Source of the DNA: an uncultured delta proteobacterium
GTDB taxonomy: Bacteria > Desulfobacterota > RBG-13-43-22
Direction: 5' to 3'
NCBI GenBank assembly: GCA_963802945.1
Contig: CAWDKY010000029.1
Location: 128,001 to 192,000 of the forward strand
Length of the DNA: 64,000 bases
Shown here: piece by piece, positions 19,812 to 29,437 of the stretch
How the letters are laid out: every line of letters starts with the position of its first letter
How positions within the stretch are numbered: position 1 is the stretch's first letter
Translations under genes and position numbers: made by a program
The notes under the pieces: generated by a model
What the model was told of the DNA's origin: nothing
Seen by the model: only the letters and a program-made list of their open reading frames with translations
Databases searched by the model: none

Positions 19812-21077
19812 ATGAAGGCACCTAAAAACAGAAGGGTGTTTGTTGTCGGTTATGGGATGGCCACACCCCTGGGCAGCACCTTTGAGAAGACCTGGAAGCG
19901 GGCTGTCAAAGGGGAAGCCGGGTTCCGGAAAGTCACCCGATGCCAGGTGGAATCGGCCTGCAACATTGTCGGAGAAATCCCGGACTGGAATCCCTTAGAG
20001 CTGGATTATATCGATGCCAAAGAAGTGTACAACTGGAACGCCGGTTTTGTTATCATGACCATGGCTGTCTGTCAGGAAGCCCTGCAAAACGCCGGGATTA
20101 CCATGGATGAACAGATTTCCCCCCGAATGGCCTGCCTGATGGGCTCTGCCTTAAATGGGCCGGATGCTTTTCGTATCGCCATGCAGGACCTGGAACAACG
20201 GGGACCTTTAAGGGTAAGCCCTTATCTGCTCCCCAATCTATGCGCCAATGTACCTGGCGGAAAGGCCGGCATGCTCCTAAAATTCACCGGTCCCATCTTT
20301 TCTCCCCAAGGGGCCTGCGCCTCGGGGAACCATGCCATCGGGATAGGGGCCAGAATGATCCGGGACGGGGATTGCGATTTCGTATTGGCCGGCGGGGCCG
20401 ATGCCCCTATTCTGCCGGAATTGATCCACGGCTTTGCCAATATGAATGCTACGATCAAGGTCTACCCAAAAGATCGGGCCTTTACAGATCCAGCCCAGGC
20501 TTCACGCCCTTTCAGTCTTGACCGAAGAGGATTTGTTCTTTCTGAAGGAGCCGGCGCAGTAATTCTGGCGGCGGAAGAAGTCATTAAGGCTTACGGTCTC
20601 AAGGCCCTGGCCGAGGTCTTAGGGGTAGGCTGGACTTCGGACGCTTATCATTACACCAGTCCCAATCCCGTCACCATTGTCCGGGCCATCAGGGAAACTA
20701 TTGAGGACGCTGGCTTGGAGCCAAAGGACATCCAATATATCAATGCCCACGGTACGTCTACGCCCAAAGGGGACCGGACGGAAATAAAATGCCTTCGTGA
20801 AGTGTTCGGCAAGGCCATTGAAAAAATCCCCGTTTCTTCCAATAAGTCCCAATTTGGCCACACTTTGGGGGCCACCGCAGCAATTGAAGCGGCCTTAACC
20901 ATCGAAGCCATGGGAAGAGGGTGTATCTTACCGACTATCAATCATATTCCTGATCCGGAATTTTCCGATATCGATGTAGTGCCCAATGAAGTCCGCCGGC
21001 ATCATTATGAATTGGCTCTTTCCAATGCCTTTGGGTTTGGAGGGACGAACTGCTGTATTATTTTCAGGGGGGTGTGA
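19812..21077 (+). CDS. fabF: Beta-ketoacyl-ACP synthase II family
   Basis: GACASG, NAHGTST, SQFGHTLG, AFGFGGTN. Confidence 0.85.
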   Translation: MKAPKNRRVFVVGYGMATPLGSTFEKTWKRAVKGEAGFRKVTRCQVESACNIVGEIPDWNPLELDYIDAKEVYNWNAGFVIMTMAVCQEALQNAGITMDEQISPRMACLMGSALNGPDAFRIAMQDLEQRGPLRVSPYLLPNLCANVPGGKAGMLLKFTGPIFSPQGACASGNHAIGIGARMIRDGDCDFVLAGGADAPILPELIHGFANMNATIKVYPKDRAFTDPAQASRPFSLDRRGFVLSEGAGAVILAAEEVIKAYGLKALAEVLGVGWTSDAYHYTSPNPVTIVRAIRETIEDAGLEPKDIQYINAHGTSTPKGDRTEIKCLREVFGKAIEKIPVSSNKSQFGHTLGATAAIEAALTIEAMGRGCILPTINHIPDPEFSDIDVVPNEVRRHHYELALSNAFGFGGTNCCIIFRGV

Positions 21078-21562
21078 AGATGCGTCCCAAACCTTTTCGA
21101 CCCGAACCTTTCACTAACGATCCCAACTTTATCCGCGACCAATCCACTGGTTTGATCTGGCACCGCTCTAAGTATAGAACGTTATATGCCGATACGGACC
21201 GTTCGGCCGTGGTTTATCATGCCAATTACTTGAGATTTTTTGAATTCGGACGAACCTCTTTGATGCGCGACTTCGGTTACCCCTATAAAGAAATCGAAGC
21301 CAGCGGCTTTGTTTATCCCATTATCGATTTAAGGATCGGATATTATTCTCCCTTGTATTATGATGACGTCATGCTGATCCATACCCGGCCGACCCACCTG
21401 GAAAGGGTCCGACTGCAGTTTGACTACCTGATCACCGAAGCGGAAACCGGCCGGATCGTCTGCATCGGATATACTAAACACTGCGCCCTGAATGCCAAGG
21501 GGCTTCCTGTGGCCGTGGACCCCCAAACGATTGCCCTTTGGAAATCCTTCCCCGGTGACTAA
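21074..21562 (+). CDS. Acyl-CoA/ACP thioesterase (YbgC/4HBT family)
   Basis: YADTDRSAVVYHANYLRFFEFGR. Confidence 0.85.
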   Translation: MKMRPKPFRPEPFTNDPNFIRDQSTGLIWHRSKYRTLYADTDRSAVVYHANYLRFFEFGRTSLMRDFGYPYKEIEASGFVYPIIDLRIGYYSPLYYDDVMLIHTRPTHLERVRLQFDYLITEAETGRIVCIGYTKHCALNAKGLPVAVDPQTIALWKSFPGD

Positions 21563-21610
21563 GGGTCTCATAATAGTTTTGGCATGAAACGTTTTGCTTC
21601 GCATTAGATT

Positions 21611-21829
21611 AAGGACCAGGGAGGTTTTATTTTTGGGGTTGTCCACTCTGAACCTGGAAGCTTCTTTACCGGGCCAATTATTTAACTAAATCAAAAGCAG
21701 GCCTTCACCTGGGCTCGAAACAGGCTACGGTGGAGGCCCTGCCTCGAATCAAACTTTGCTGGACTGGCCGGGATAGGGCGATAAATTACCCTTTGGACAA
21801 TCCCCAAAAATAAAACCTCCCCGGTCCTT
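21611..21829. mobile_element. ~220 bp MITE-like element with ~35-bp terminal inverted repeats
   Basis: aaggaccagggaggttttatttttggggttgtcca ... tggacaatccccaaaaataaaacctccccggtcctt; the right half recurs at ~26070-26203. Confidence 0.7.
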
Positions 21830-21869
21830 TTTAGACAATGTTATTTTGAGACCCTTATTAAATCAAAAA

Positions 21870-22703
21870 ATGCGCCATCCTTTGGAAATTGAAGTCGGTG
21901 ACTATTTATTGGACCATCGATTTGAAGGCCGGTGTGTTTTGCCGGCGGCAGAGGCTTTAAATGTCCTGGCCATGGTTGTTCATGAATATTTTTCCAATTG
22001 GGATATGGTTTGTTTGACCGAAGCGCGGTTTCCCCGTTTTCTGATTATCCCCCCTGAAATACACCGTCTGCCGGTCATCGTCGAAATAGATCACACCCCC
22101 AAGGGGGGTATTTCAGCTGGGCTTATGACCTCGATGAGATCAAGGACTGGAGGCATCAGCCGTAACCTGGAGCATGCCCGGGTGGAATTTTTTCTGGCCA
22201 ATTCTTCCTCAATTTCTGTGCCGTTTTTAACCGATGTGGGAAATCCCGACGGACAGGGCTTCACGATACCGGTTGTTTCGATTTACCCCCAGCTGATCCC
22301 CTTCGGGACGGCTTATAGGAATATTATCGGCCCGGTGTCTCTTTCACCCCTAGGGGCTTCGGCTTCCCTGTTCGGCGGGGATCAGAGAAAGGAGGATGAT
22401 CTGCTCGGCTCCCCGTTTCCCTTTGATGCCGCTCTTCAGATGGCTTGTATCTGGGGGCAATGTTTTACCGAGCATGTTCCCTTCCCAGTGGGTTTTGAAA
22501 AAAGGGTCATCTACCAGAAAACCAAAAAAGGGGGTTTCTACCTCGGCAGGATTATACCGGTGGCGGTTGAGCAGAACCCGTTCTTATTTGACGCCCTGAT
22601 TATTGATTCCCAAGGGTCTATCTGCGAGGAAATCCTGGGAATTCAGATGCAGGATGTATCTCAAGGGCGCCTGCACCCGCCGTCATGGATCAAAGAGTTG
22701 TGA
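21870..22703 (+). CDS. Stand-alone PKS-type (double-hotdog) dehydratase
   Basis: YLLDHRFEGRCVLPAA (HxxxGxxxxP), FGTAY, PFPFDAALQ. Confidence 0.8.
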   Translation: MRHPLEIEVGDYLLDHRFEGRCVLPAAEALNVLAMVVHEYFSNWDMVCLTEARFPRFLIIPPEIHRLPVIVEIDHTPKGGISAGLMTSMRSRTGGISRNLEHARVEFFLANSSSISVPFLTDVGNPDGQGFTIPVVSIYPQLIPFGTAYRNIIGPVSLSPLGASASLFGGDQRKEDDLLGSPFPFDAALQMACIWGQCFTEHVPFPVGFEKRVIYQKTKKGGFYLGRIIPVAVEQNPFLFDALIIDSQGSICEEILGIQMQDVSQGRLHPPSWIKEL

Positions 22704-22934
22704 CCGTAAAGCTAACCAAATATGTTTGAAATTGGATTCGTTAGACCAAGTTTCCAAGCCTATGGAAAGGACTCAATCTTCTGAAATGATATTGGATACT
22801 GGTTTCTTGATTCTGGATAAAGTCAATCAAGCAGCAAGGATCGGCTATTTGATCCAGTATCAGGTTTTTGGTTTAATTCAGCTTCCCCTTGACTCTCCTT
22901 CAAAAGTACCTTATAAATTTCCATCCAAAAGCAA

Positions 22935-23106
22935 TAAAAGTGACGGACATCGGAGACTCATGGAGGAGATTTGCCCTTCAAGGCTCAAAGATCAGTAAGG
23001 CTGTTTACCCGATGGAGACGACTACGGACGTTTGTATGACATCCTTCTGGATTGTGGGCAGAAGGAATCCCATTTATATCAGGAGTTATCGGTAAAAATC
23101 CGTTGA
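22935..23106 (+). pseudogene. C-terminal remnant of a BtrH/DUF4872-like protein
   Basis: VTDIGDSWRRFALQGSKISK then (shifted) DDYGRLYDILLDCGQKESHLYQEL*; this gene usually precedes the ABC exporter in flexirubin/aryl-polyene clusters (recalled). Confidence 0.45.
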
Positions 23107-23114
23107 AGGTATGT

Positions 23115-23867
23115 ATGTTTTCCGATGTAAAAATACTTTCTGCTGACCGATTGGTCAAGATCTATCCGAAACGATCCCAACCGGCCATAAACGGAATTAC
23201 ACTCTCCATCACGGAAGGGGAGGTTTTCGGTCTTCTTGGCCCGAATGGGGCCGGAAAGACTACGGCGATTTCAATCATGACCACACTGCTCAAACCTACG
23301 AGCGGGAGCCTTACGATCTGCGGATTGGATACCCTCAGATACCCTGCTCAGGTAAGAGGTCTTATCGGCTTTGTTCCCCAGGAGGTCGCCCTTTATCAGA
23401 ATCTCACCCTTCGTGAAAATCTCAGATTCTTTGGCCGTATCTATGGGTTGCGAGGGAAAGAACTGGCAACCCGTATCTCCGAATTTATTGAAATGGTAGG
23501 TCTTGAGGAAAGTGCCGATTCCCTTGTTTTCACCTTTTCCGGGGGAATGAAGCGTCGGGCCAACTTGGCGGCGGGTATCCTCCACAAGCCGAAGGTTCTC
23601 TTTCTTGACGAGCCGACCGTGGGAGTTGATCCCCAATCCAGAAATTTAATCCTGGAGAGACTTGCCGGATTAAAAGAAAAAATCACCATGGTCTATACCA
23701 CCCACTATATGGAAGAGGCCGAATCACTCTGTTCTTACGTGGCTATCATGGATGCAGGGCAAGTCATCATCGAAGGAACTCCTGAGGAGCTTCTTCGACG
23801 GTTCCCCGAGTGTATCGATTTGGAAGCCCTTTTTATTAAACTGACCGGGAAACAACTTCGAGATTGA
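23115..23867 (+). CDS. ABC-2 exporter ATP-binding protein
   Basis: GPNGAGKTT, FSGGMKRR, LFLDEPT, TTHYMEEA. Confidence 0.92.
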   Translation: MFSDVKILSADRLVKIYPKRSQPAINGITLSITEGEVFGLLGPNGAGKTTAISIMTTLLKPTSGSLTICGLDTLRYPAQVRGLIGFVPQEVALYQNLTLRENLRFFGRIYGLRGKELATRISEFIEMVGLEESADSLVFTFSGGMKRRANLAAGILHKPKVLFLDEPTVGVDPQSRNLILERLAGLKEKITMVYTTHYMEEAESLCSYVAIMDAGQVIIEGTPEELLRRFPECIDLEALFIKLTGKQLRD

Positions 23868-23876
23868 CAGGTTGCT

Positions 23877-25235
23877 ATGGTTAAATTCTGGTCTTTTGTT
23901 CAAAAAGAACTGATCCTCTTCTACCGTGATTTTTCCGGCCTGTTGGTGTTGTTTGTCATGCCTTTGGCCCTGGTTATTGTGGTCACTTTGGTTCAGGAGA
24001 ATGTTCTTAAATACATGGGAGAGACTAAGAACCGGGTGCTTTTTGTTGACCAGGATGGAAAAATGATAGGGAAATGGGTAGAAGAATCCTTAAGAAAGTC
24101 CGGTTCGATAGAAATGGTCAAGGACCTCAAAGGAAAACCGGTCGATATAGAAACGGCCAAAAAGGCAGTGCTTAGAGGAGATTTCCAGACCTGTGTCCAA
24201 ATCCCCCCCGGGCTGACCGAAGCTTTCAAAAAAAAAGTTCGACAATCGGTAAAAAACTCTCTTGCTCCTGATGCTAAAAAAAGGAAAACCCTGACTGCAG
24301 GAGATAAAGGTCTTCTGTTTGTTCCGGTCTATTTTGATCCAACCCTTCGGGAAAACTACCGGACCGGGATGATCAACGGTCTGGAAAAAATGATCCTGGG
24401 ATTGGAAATCAAAGAAAAGATGGGGGTCTTCTCGGAACTCTTGCCGGAAAAAATGGAAGAAATGGCTAAAAAAGTGGCCGGGCCTATGTGGTCGGATGAA
24501 TTTAAAAAAGGGATACCCAAAATTCAATTAGACTGGGACGAAAAGCCCCTTATGGCGATTAAAGAGAAGACGACTCAATCTCAAGACGTCATCGTGGTTT
24601 TTAGTACCATACAGCAGAACGTTCCAGCCTGGACCCTCTTCGGTATGTTTTTTATCGTGGTTCCTCTGGGCGGTTCCCTTATTCGGGAAAGACAAGAGTT
24701 GATGCTGGCCCGACTTCTGACCATGCCGACTTCTTATCTCACCATCATTTCCGGAAAGATCCTGGCCTATGTTATGATATGTTTGGTCCAGGTTGTCCTC
24801 ATTTTTTCTGTCGGGAAGTTTTTGTTGCCGCTTCTTGGGACACCCGGTCTGGAATTGGGGGCATCACCAATGGCGTTATTACTCGTTGTTTTAAGTTCGG
24901 CCCTGGCCGCCTCCGGGTATGGCATACTCCTGGGTACCATTGCCAGGACTTATGAGCAGGCTTCCATGTTCGGCGCCGTCTCGGTGGTGATCGCCGCAGC
25001 TCTTGGCGGAGTGATGGTTCCGGCCTATTTTATGCCGAAAGTGATGCAGGAAATCAGTAGTTTTTCCCCTCTCGCCTGGGGCCTGAATGCATTTTTAAAC
25101 GTGTTGGTTCGCGGCGGGAATATACGATCGATCATTCCCGATGCAGCCTTATTGATGAGTTTCTTTGTAATAACCGTCAGCGTGGCCTGGTTTTATATGT
25201 TTAAACGAGGGCGGGTCGGAATTCAGCAACAGTAA
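23877..25235 (+). CDS. ABC-2 exporter permease
   Basis: N-terminal TM, periplasmic loop, QNVPAWTLFGMFF, multiple C-terminal TMs. Confidence 0.88.
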   Translation: MVKFWSFVQKELILFYRDFSGLLVLFVMPLALVIVVTLVQENVLKYMGETKNRVLFVDQDGKMIGKWVEESLRKSGSIEMVKDLKGKPVDIETAKKAVLRGDFQTCVQIPPGLTEAFKKKVRQSVKNSLAPDAKKRKTLTAGDKGLLFVPVYFDPTLRENYRTGMINGLEKMILGLEIKEKMGVFSELLPEKMEEMAKKVAGPMWSDEFKKGIPKIQLDWDEKPLMAIKEKTTQSQDVIVVFSTIQQNVPAWTLFGMFFIVVPLGGSLIRERQELMLARLLTMPTSYLTIISGKILAYVMICLVQVVLIFSVGKFLLPLLGTPGLELGASPMALLLVVLSSALAASGYGILLGTIARTYEQASMFGAVSVVIAAALGGVMVPAYFMPKVMQEISSFSPLAWGLNAFLNVLVRGGNIRSIIPDAALLMSFFVITVSVAWFYMFKRGRVGIQQQ

Positions 25236-25289
25236 GGTAAATGGGGGGAAATTGCCCTTGATAAAGGGAGCCAACCGTTGAGAGCGACC

Positions 25290-25940
25290 ATGAGTGTTGA
25301 AGCGATTATTTTTGACCTGGACGGGACCTTGCTGGATACTATTGATGACCTGACGGATTCTATGAACCAAGTGTTGAGCCGTTTTGGCTTTTCAGGGCAT
25401 GACCGGGAGGCTTATAAATATTTTGTCGGCGATGGGATTGGCGCCTTGGTTAGAAGGGCTTTGCCGCCGGAAAACCGTGATGAAGAAATGGTCGCGCGGT
25501 GTGTTGAGGCCATGAGAGAAGAATACAGCTTACGTTGGGACAAAAAGACCCACCCTTATTCGGGGATCCCCGAACTTTTGGATGCCCTTTTCCAAAGGGG
25601 ATTATCTATGGCCATCCTGTCCAACAAACCCCATGATTCTTGCCAAATGGTCGTGGCCAAATTACTGCCCAAGTGGCCGTTTCAAATAGTTTTGGGCGCC
25701 CGCCCCTCTGTTCCCAAAAAGCCGGACCCTGCAGCGGCCCTGGAAATCGCTGAAAGGATGCACCTGACCCCCGGACAATTTTTATATCTTGGAGATACCG
25801 GCACCGATATGAAAACAGCAGTTAATGCCGGGATGTTTCCTGTCGGGGCTTTATGGGGCTTTCGTACGGCCCAGGAACTCATGGCCGATGGGGCCAGGGC
25901 CTTGGTTGAACAACCTTTGGATTTTCTCCAATACCTGTAA
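25290..25940 (+). CDS. HAD-superfamily phosphatase (phosphoglycolate phosphatase-like)
   Basis: FDLDGTLLDT, SNK, KKPDP, GDTGTD. Confidence 0.9.
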   Translation: MSVEAIIFDLDGTLLDTIDDLTDSMNQVLSRFGFSGHDREAYKYFVGDGIGALVRRALPPENRDEEMVARCVEAMREEYSLRWDKKTHPYSGIPELLDALFQRGLSMAILSNKPHDSCQMVVAKLLPKWPFQIVLGARPSVPKKPDPAAALEIAERMHLTPGQFLYLGDTGTDMKTAVNAGMFPVGALWGFRTAQELMADGARALVEQPLDFLQYL

Positions 25941-26224
25941 GGTTCAGGGGTACTGCGAAGCGAGAGCTAAAAGACATTAACGCTTTTGGCTAGAGCGGGA
26001 TTCGGCAAGATTTTTTTGGTGAATTTTAAACTTGTAATTCCCCGTAGCTTGCTACGGGGAGGTTCATTTTGAACCAGGCCCACAAACAAGACCGAAATGG
26101 GCTTGGGTGCCTGACCTGCACCTAATCCCATCAGCCGTCCGGGCCGGAATAAGGTGATGAGTTACTCTTTGGGCAATCCTATAAAAGAGGGACACCGGTC
26201 CTTGGCCTTCCTTCATCAAAGGCG

Positions 26225-26722
26225 TTAGTCAATCAGGACGAATCCATAGCGATTTTGAAGATCGTTTTTCCCTTGAAGGACTTGACAGGGCAGCCCTAAG
26301 TTCCGCACGGTCTTGTAAACATCAATCCCAAAACTTTGATCGCAGGGTCTGACCTTTTGCGGGGTTGGGCAGGGCTTCCCCTGGGAGACTTTACACGTTT
26401 TACATAAATTACAGAATCGAACAGCAAAAGCGAAATAATAACCGTCCAGAAAGGCAGTTCGTTCAATCTCTAAGACAGCCCGGCTTATTTTGTGGGCGTC
26501 ATGGGAATGGACCAGAAGGATGCGGTTATACGCTTTTATCATTCCTACCCGTTCCTCAAAGGTTGTTCCCCGAATATCACACCGGATACCCTGCTTATCA
26601 TAATCCTCACAACCCCAACGGCATTTCAATATGGCCCGGTTATCGAAAAAGACATCTTGAGGTGATATGATCAGGGCATTGATCATGCCAAGTTTCTTGG
26701 CTAATTTCTTGTAGTTTTCCAT
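26225..26722 (-). CDS. DUF2284-type Cys-rich metal-binding protein
   Basis: LKCRWGC, CNLCKTC, CPTPQKVRP, GIDVYKTV, YGFVLI. Confidence 0.8.
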   Translation of the reverse strand: MENYKKLAKKLGMINALIISPQDVFFDNRAILKCRWGCEDYDKQGIRCDIRGTTFEERVGMIKAYNRILLVHSHDAHKISRAVLEIERTAFLDGYYFAFAVRFCNLCKTCKVSQGKPCPTPQKVRPCDQSFGIDVYKTVRNLGLPCQVLQGKNDLQNRYGFVLID

Positions 26723-26840
26723 GTTGGCCTCCTGACCCGAAAAGAATTTGTCTAAGAGGAACAGATGTGTTACTAAATGACTTTAACTCGATGGAATAAT
26801 TATAGGACGATACTTTGGCTGAAATCAACCTAAAGAATTT

Positions 26841-27974
26841 TTATTTATCGACACGGGCAATAAACCAGATTTCTTCTCTATGGGGGATGGTGCGCTCCAC
26901 AAGTTCCTCTTTGAAGCCGGCATCTTTGAGGATTCGGATACATTGTTCCCTTTCCCTGAAATGATATTTCACTTCTTTGAATCGAAGTTTAGTCTCTTCC
27001 ACAAAACGGAGCAGGCTGAATCCTTCCCTGGGAACAGTTGCTCGGATGATCAACCTTCCTTCCGGCCTTAGTACCGGTCTGCTTCTGTCCAGGAATTTCA
27101 ACAGTTCCTGGTCGGAAAGATAATGGAGGATATCCAGAAGGAGGATGGCATCCGCTTTTTTATTCTCTAAAGGCAGGTCCTGAGCAGTGCAGGTCAAGAC
27201 CTCCCCTTGTTTACCAAGGATCCTGGTTGCAACTCTCGTTCGTTCTCGATTAGGATCACAGGACAGAAATTTCAGGTCAGGATAAGCGGCCAAAAGCCAG
27301 GCTGCCGGTGCCCCATAGCCGCAGCCCACATCGATTATTTTCCAGCCCGGCCTGACAAAATCGGCCAGACGAGGGAACATGGGGTCGGTGAGGATCTTGA
27401 ACCGGGCGAAAAGACGGGGATAGGGTTCAAGATGCCGAAAGCGGCGGAGAGCCATCCGGAGGTGTTGCTTTGATCCTATTTGCACCGGAGTGAAAGCAAT
27501 CGGCGAATCCGAGAAGAGGTGATGTAGCACAAGCGGCATGATTCCACAAGTGGCTACCGTAACAAAAAAGAACCCTAAGAAGGTGAACCCTTTGTTGTCC
27601 CGAAACAGGGGTTGCCCGAAAAGTATCAAAAATCCGAAGCCGATCAGGACGGAGATACATCCGACGAGAACCATAACCCGAATTGGTTTGAAACCTAAGG
27701 GGGGTGAGGGCCGCCAGCGTTGAAAGGATCGAATCACAAAAAAACCTTGAATAAGTCCCAGGCCCACCATTACGGATGCAGGAAGGAGAAAGGATATGGA
27801 CAGAGGAAATCCCAAAGTACTCATGGTCACTAAGGCGGCCAGAATAGAAAGACTGATTAATGCGATCAGGAGAAGAAAACTTTGCCAATCCAGAAAGATA
27901 AAAAAGAAAAAGACTAACATCCCGCCGACGATGAAAAGAATTCTTGGGAGGATAGTATTGATAGCGAGGTTCAC
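26841..27974 (-). CDS. Multi-TM membrane domain fused to class I SAM-dependent methyltransferase
   Basis: Hydrophobic N-terminal ~155 aa; IIDVGCGYG, LLDILHYL, LRPEG. Confidence 0.75.
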   Translation of the reverse strand: MNLAINTILPRILFIVGGMLVFFFFIFLDWQSFLLLIALISLSILAALVTMSTLGFPLSISFLLPASVMVGLGLIQGFFVIRSFQRWRPSPPLGFKPIRVMVLVGCISVLIGFGFLILFGQPLFRDNKGFTFLGFFFVTVATCGIMPLVLHHLFSDSPIAFTPVQIGSKQHLRMALRRFRHLEPYPRLFARFKILTDPMFPRLADFVRPGWKIIDVGCGYGAPAAWLLAAYPDLKFLSCDPNRERTRVATRILGKQGEVLTCTAQDLPLENKKADAILLLDILHYLSDQELLKFLDRSRPVLRPEGRLIIRATVPREGFSLLRFVEETKLRFKEVKYHFREREQCIRILKDAGFKEELVERTIPHREEIWFIARVDK

Positions 27975-28322
27975 TTTAAGTATATCCGATTAAAAAATTT
28001 ACGCCTCAATCCTGACTTGAATTTCCAGAGCCGTTTTTATAAAGACGAATACCAAATCCTCTTCTCTTACCTCTCTAATACTACTTATTTGTTTATATTG
28101 TAAATCTCTTTTTTGCCCTTGGACCTTAAACGCTATGAGAGGGGACACCTAATTAATCCCTAAAAAGTTCTCTGGCGACGAAAGGTTTGGCTTGAGAGAA
28201 AGGCCATATAGGTATTAATCGTCTTATTGTAGAACAGACACGATGCTTTTCCTGAAAATGAATAATCTCTGGACTCCGGTTTTCACCGGAGTGACAGATA
28301 GGGGTTAAAAGTCCATAATAGT

Positions 28323-28442
28323 TCAACCAAAAAAGCATTTATGGTCTGCAACGAAGGCACTCCACGGCTGCATGAGGATAGCCATGTTTTGACCTGGCGT
28401 GATTTTCTGAAAATGTTGTTGAAAGGAGAAGTGATATCATGA
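28323..28442 (+). pseudogene. C-terminal fragment of an AAA+ ATPase (DUF4143-type)
   Basis: FMVCNEGTPRLHEDSHVLTWRDFLKMLLKGEVIS* resembles the conserved tail of this family. Confidence 0.4.
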
Positions 28443-28556
28443 AGGGAAAGCGGATAGGCCGTCAGGCGATTGTTCTCAACCCGTGGTGGTAATCGGAGAA
28501 GGCGAAAGGTGTGGCTCGTCGCCGCTTTTTAAACAGCTTCATAGACGTGCGAAATT

Positions 28557-29327
28557 TTACACTGGTGACCGATAGGCCAGGTAATCGTAGGGATTATCGA
28601 AGCCGATTCTCGCATAGACAGGTTTGCCCATGGCCGAAGCCTGCAGACTTGCGTACGCGCAGCCTTTCTCCTTACCGGCCAAGACAGCCCTCAGGGTTAT
28701 AGCTGCGCCGAAGCCTCGATGGCGGTATTCCGGTAAAGTCGATACCCAGTATATGCCCGCTACAGGACCTGTCCGGATAAGCATCGACGTACAAGCAGGT
28801 TTGCTTTCCGTGTAGCCTATGAACATTTCAATATCAGGAAGTCTAAAGGTCTGTTCGGTCGTTACATAGGGTCCCGTGCCGGCGGGCAGGGAGAATCCTT
28901 TTTCCCCCGCTTCCTGAAAATCGCCCAGTTCTTCTAGCGTAGAGACCTTTCGTATGTCCAAGTCTGTCCTTTCATCAACCTTGGTAGGCAGATTTTCTAA
29001 GGTCATGACCGGTAGGGGATCCGACTTTTCATAACCTCTCTCCTGCAAGAGCGGCAAGAACTCGCCCTCCACTCCTGGCGAAAAAAGGACACGAAAGGGC
29101 AGCTGTCGGGGAGTAAAGAACTCCTCCCACTTTTCCACTACCCTCTGGGGTTTTGAAGTCGTTCTCTTGACGAAGACCACGTTCCATCGCTCATCGGGAA
29201 TGCCGCTACTGTAAATACCTATCCGGTAAGAATCGAAGAACTCTCCAAACACGGAGTTAGACATCATTAGACCCATGGTCAACAAAAAATTATGATCCAT
29301 TGAAATGATTTTTTCCTGGCTAATCAT
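28557..29327 (-). CDS. GNAT family N-acetyltransferase
   Basis: IYWVSTLPEYRHRGFG, LQASAMGKPVYARIGF. Confidence 0.88.
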   Translation of the reverse strand: MISQEKIISMDHNFLLTMGLMMSNSVFGEFFDSYRIGIYSSGIPDERWNVVFVKRTTSKPQRVVEKWEEFFTPRQLPFRVLFSPGVEGEFLPLLQERGYEKSDPLPVMTLENLPTKVDERTDLDIRKVSTLEELGDFQEAGEKGFSLPAGTGPYVTTEQTFRLPDIEMFIGYTESKPACTSMLIRTGPVAGIYWVSTLPEYRHRGFGAAITLRAVLAGKEKGCAYASLQASAMGKPVYARIGFDNPYDYLAYRSPV

Positions 29328-29437
29328 CCAATAATCTTCCTCCTTCAGTCTGCGGTCGGGGTAGGTCCGTCTTTAGATAAGAAATTTCTTTTCGAGGTGA
29401 AGTTATAGAAAAGGAAGCCTTGTATGTCAATACAACT

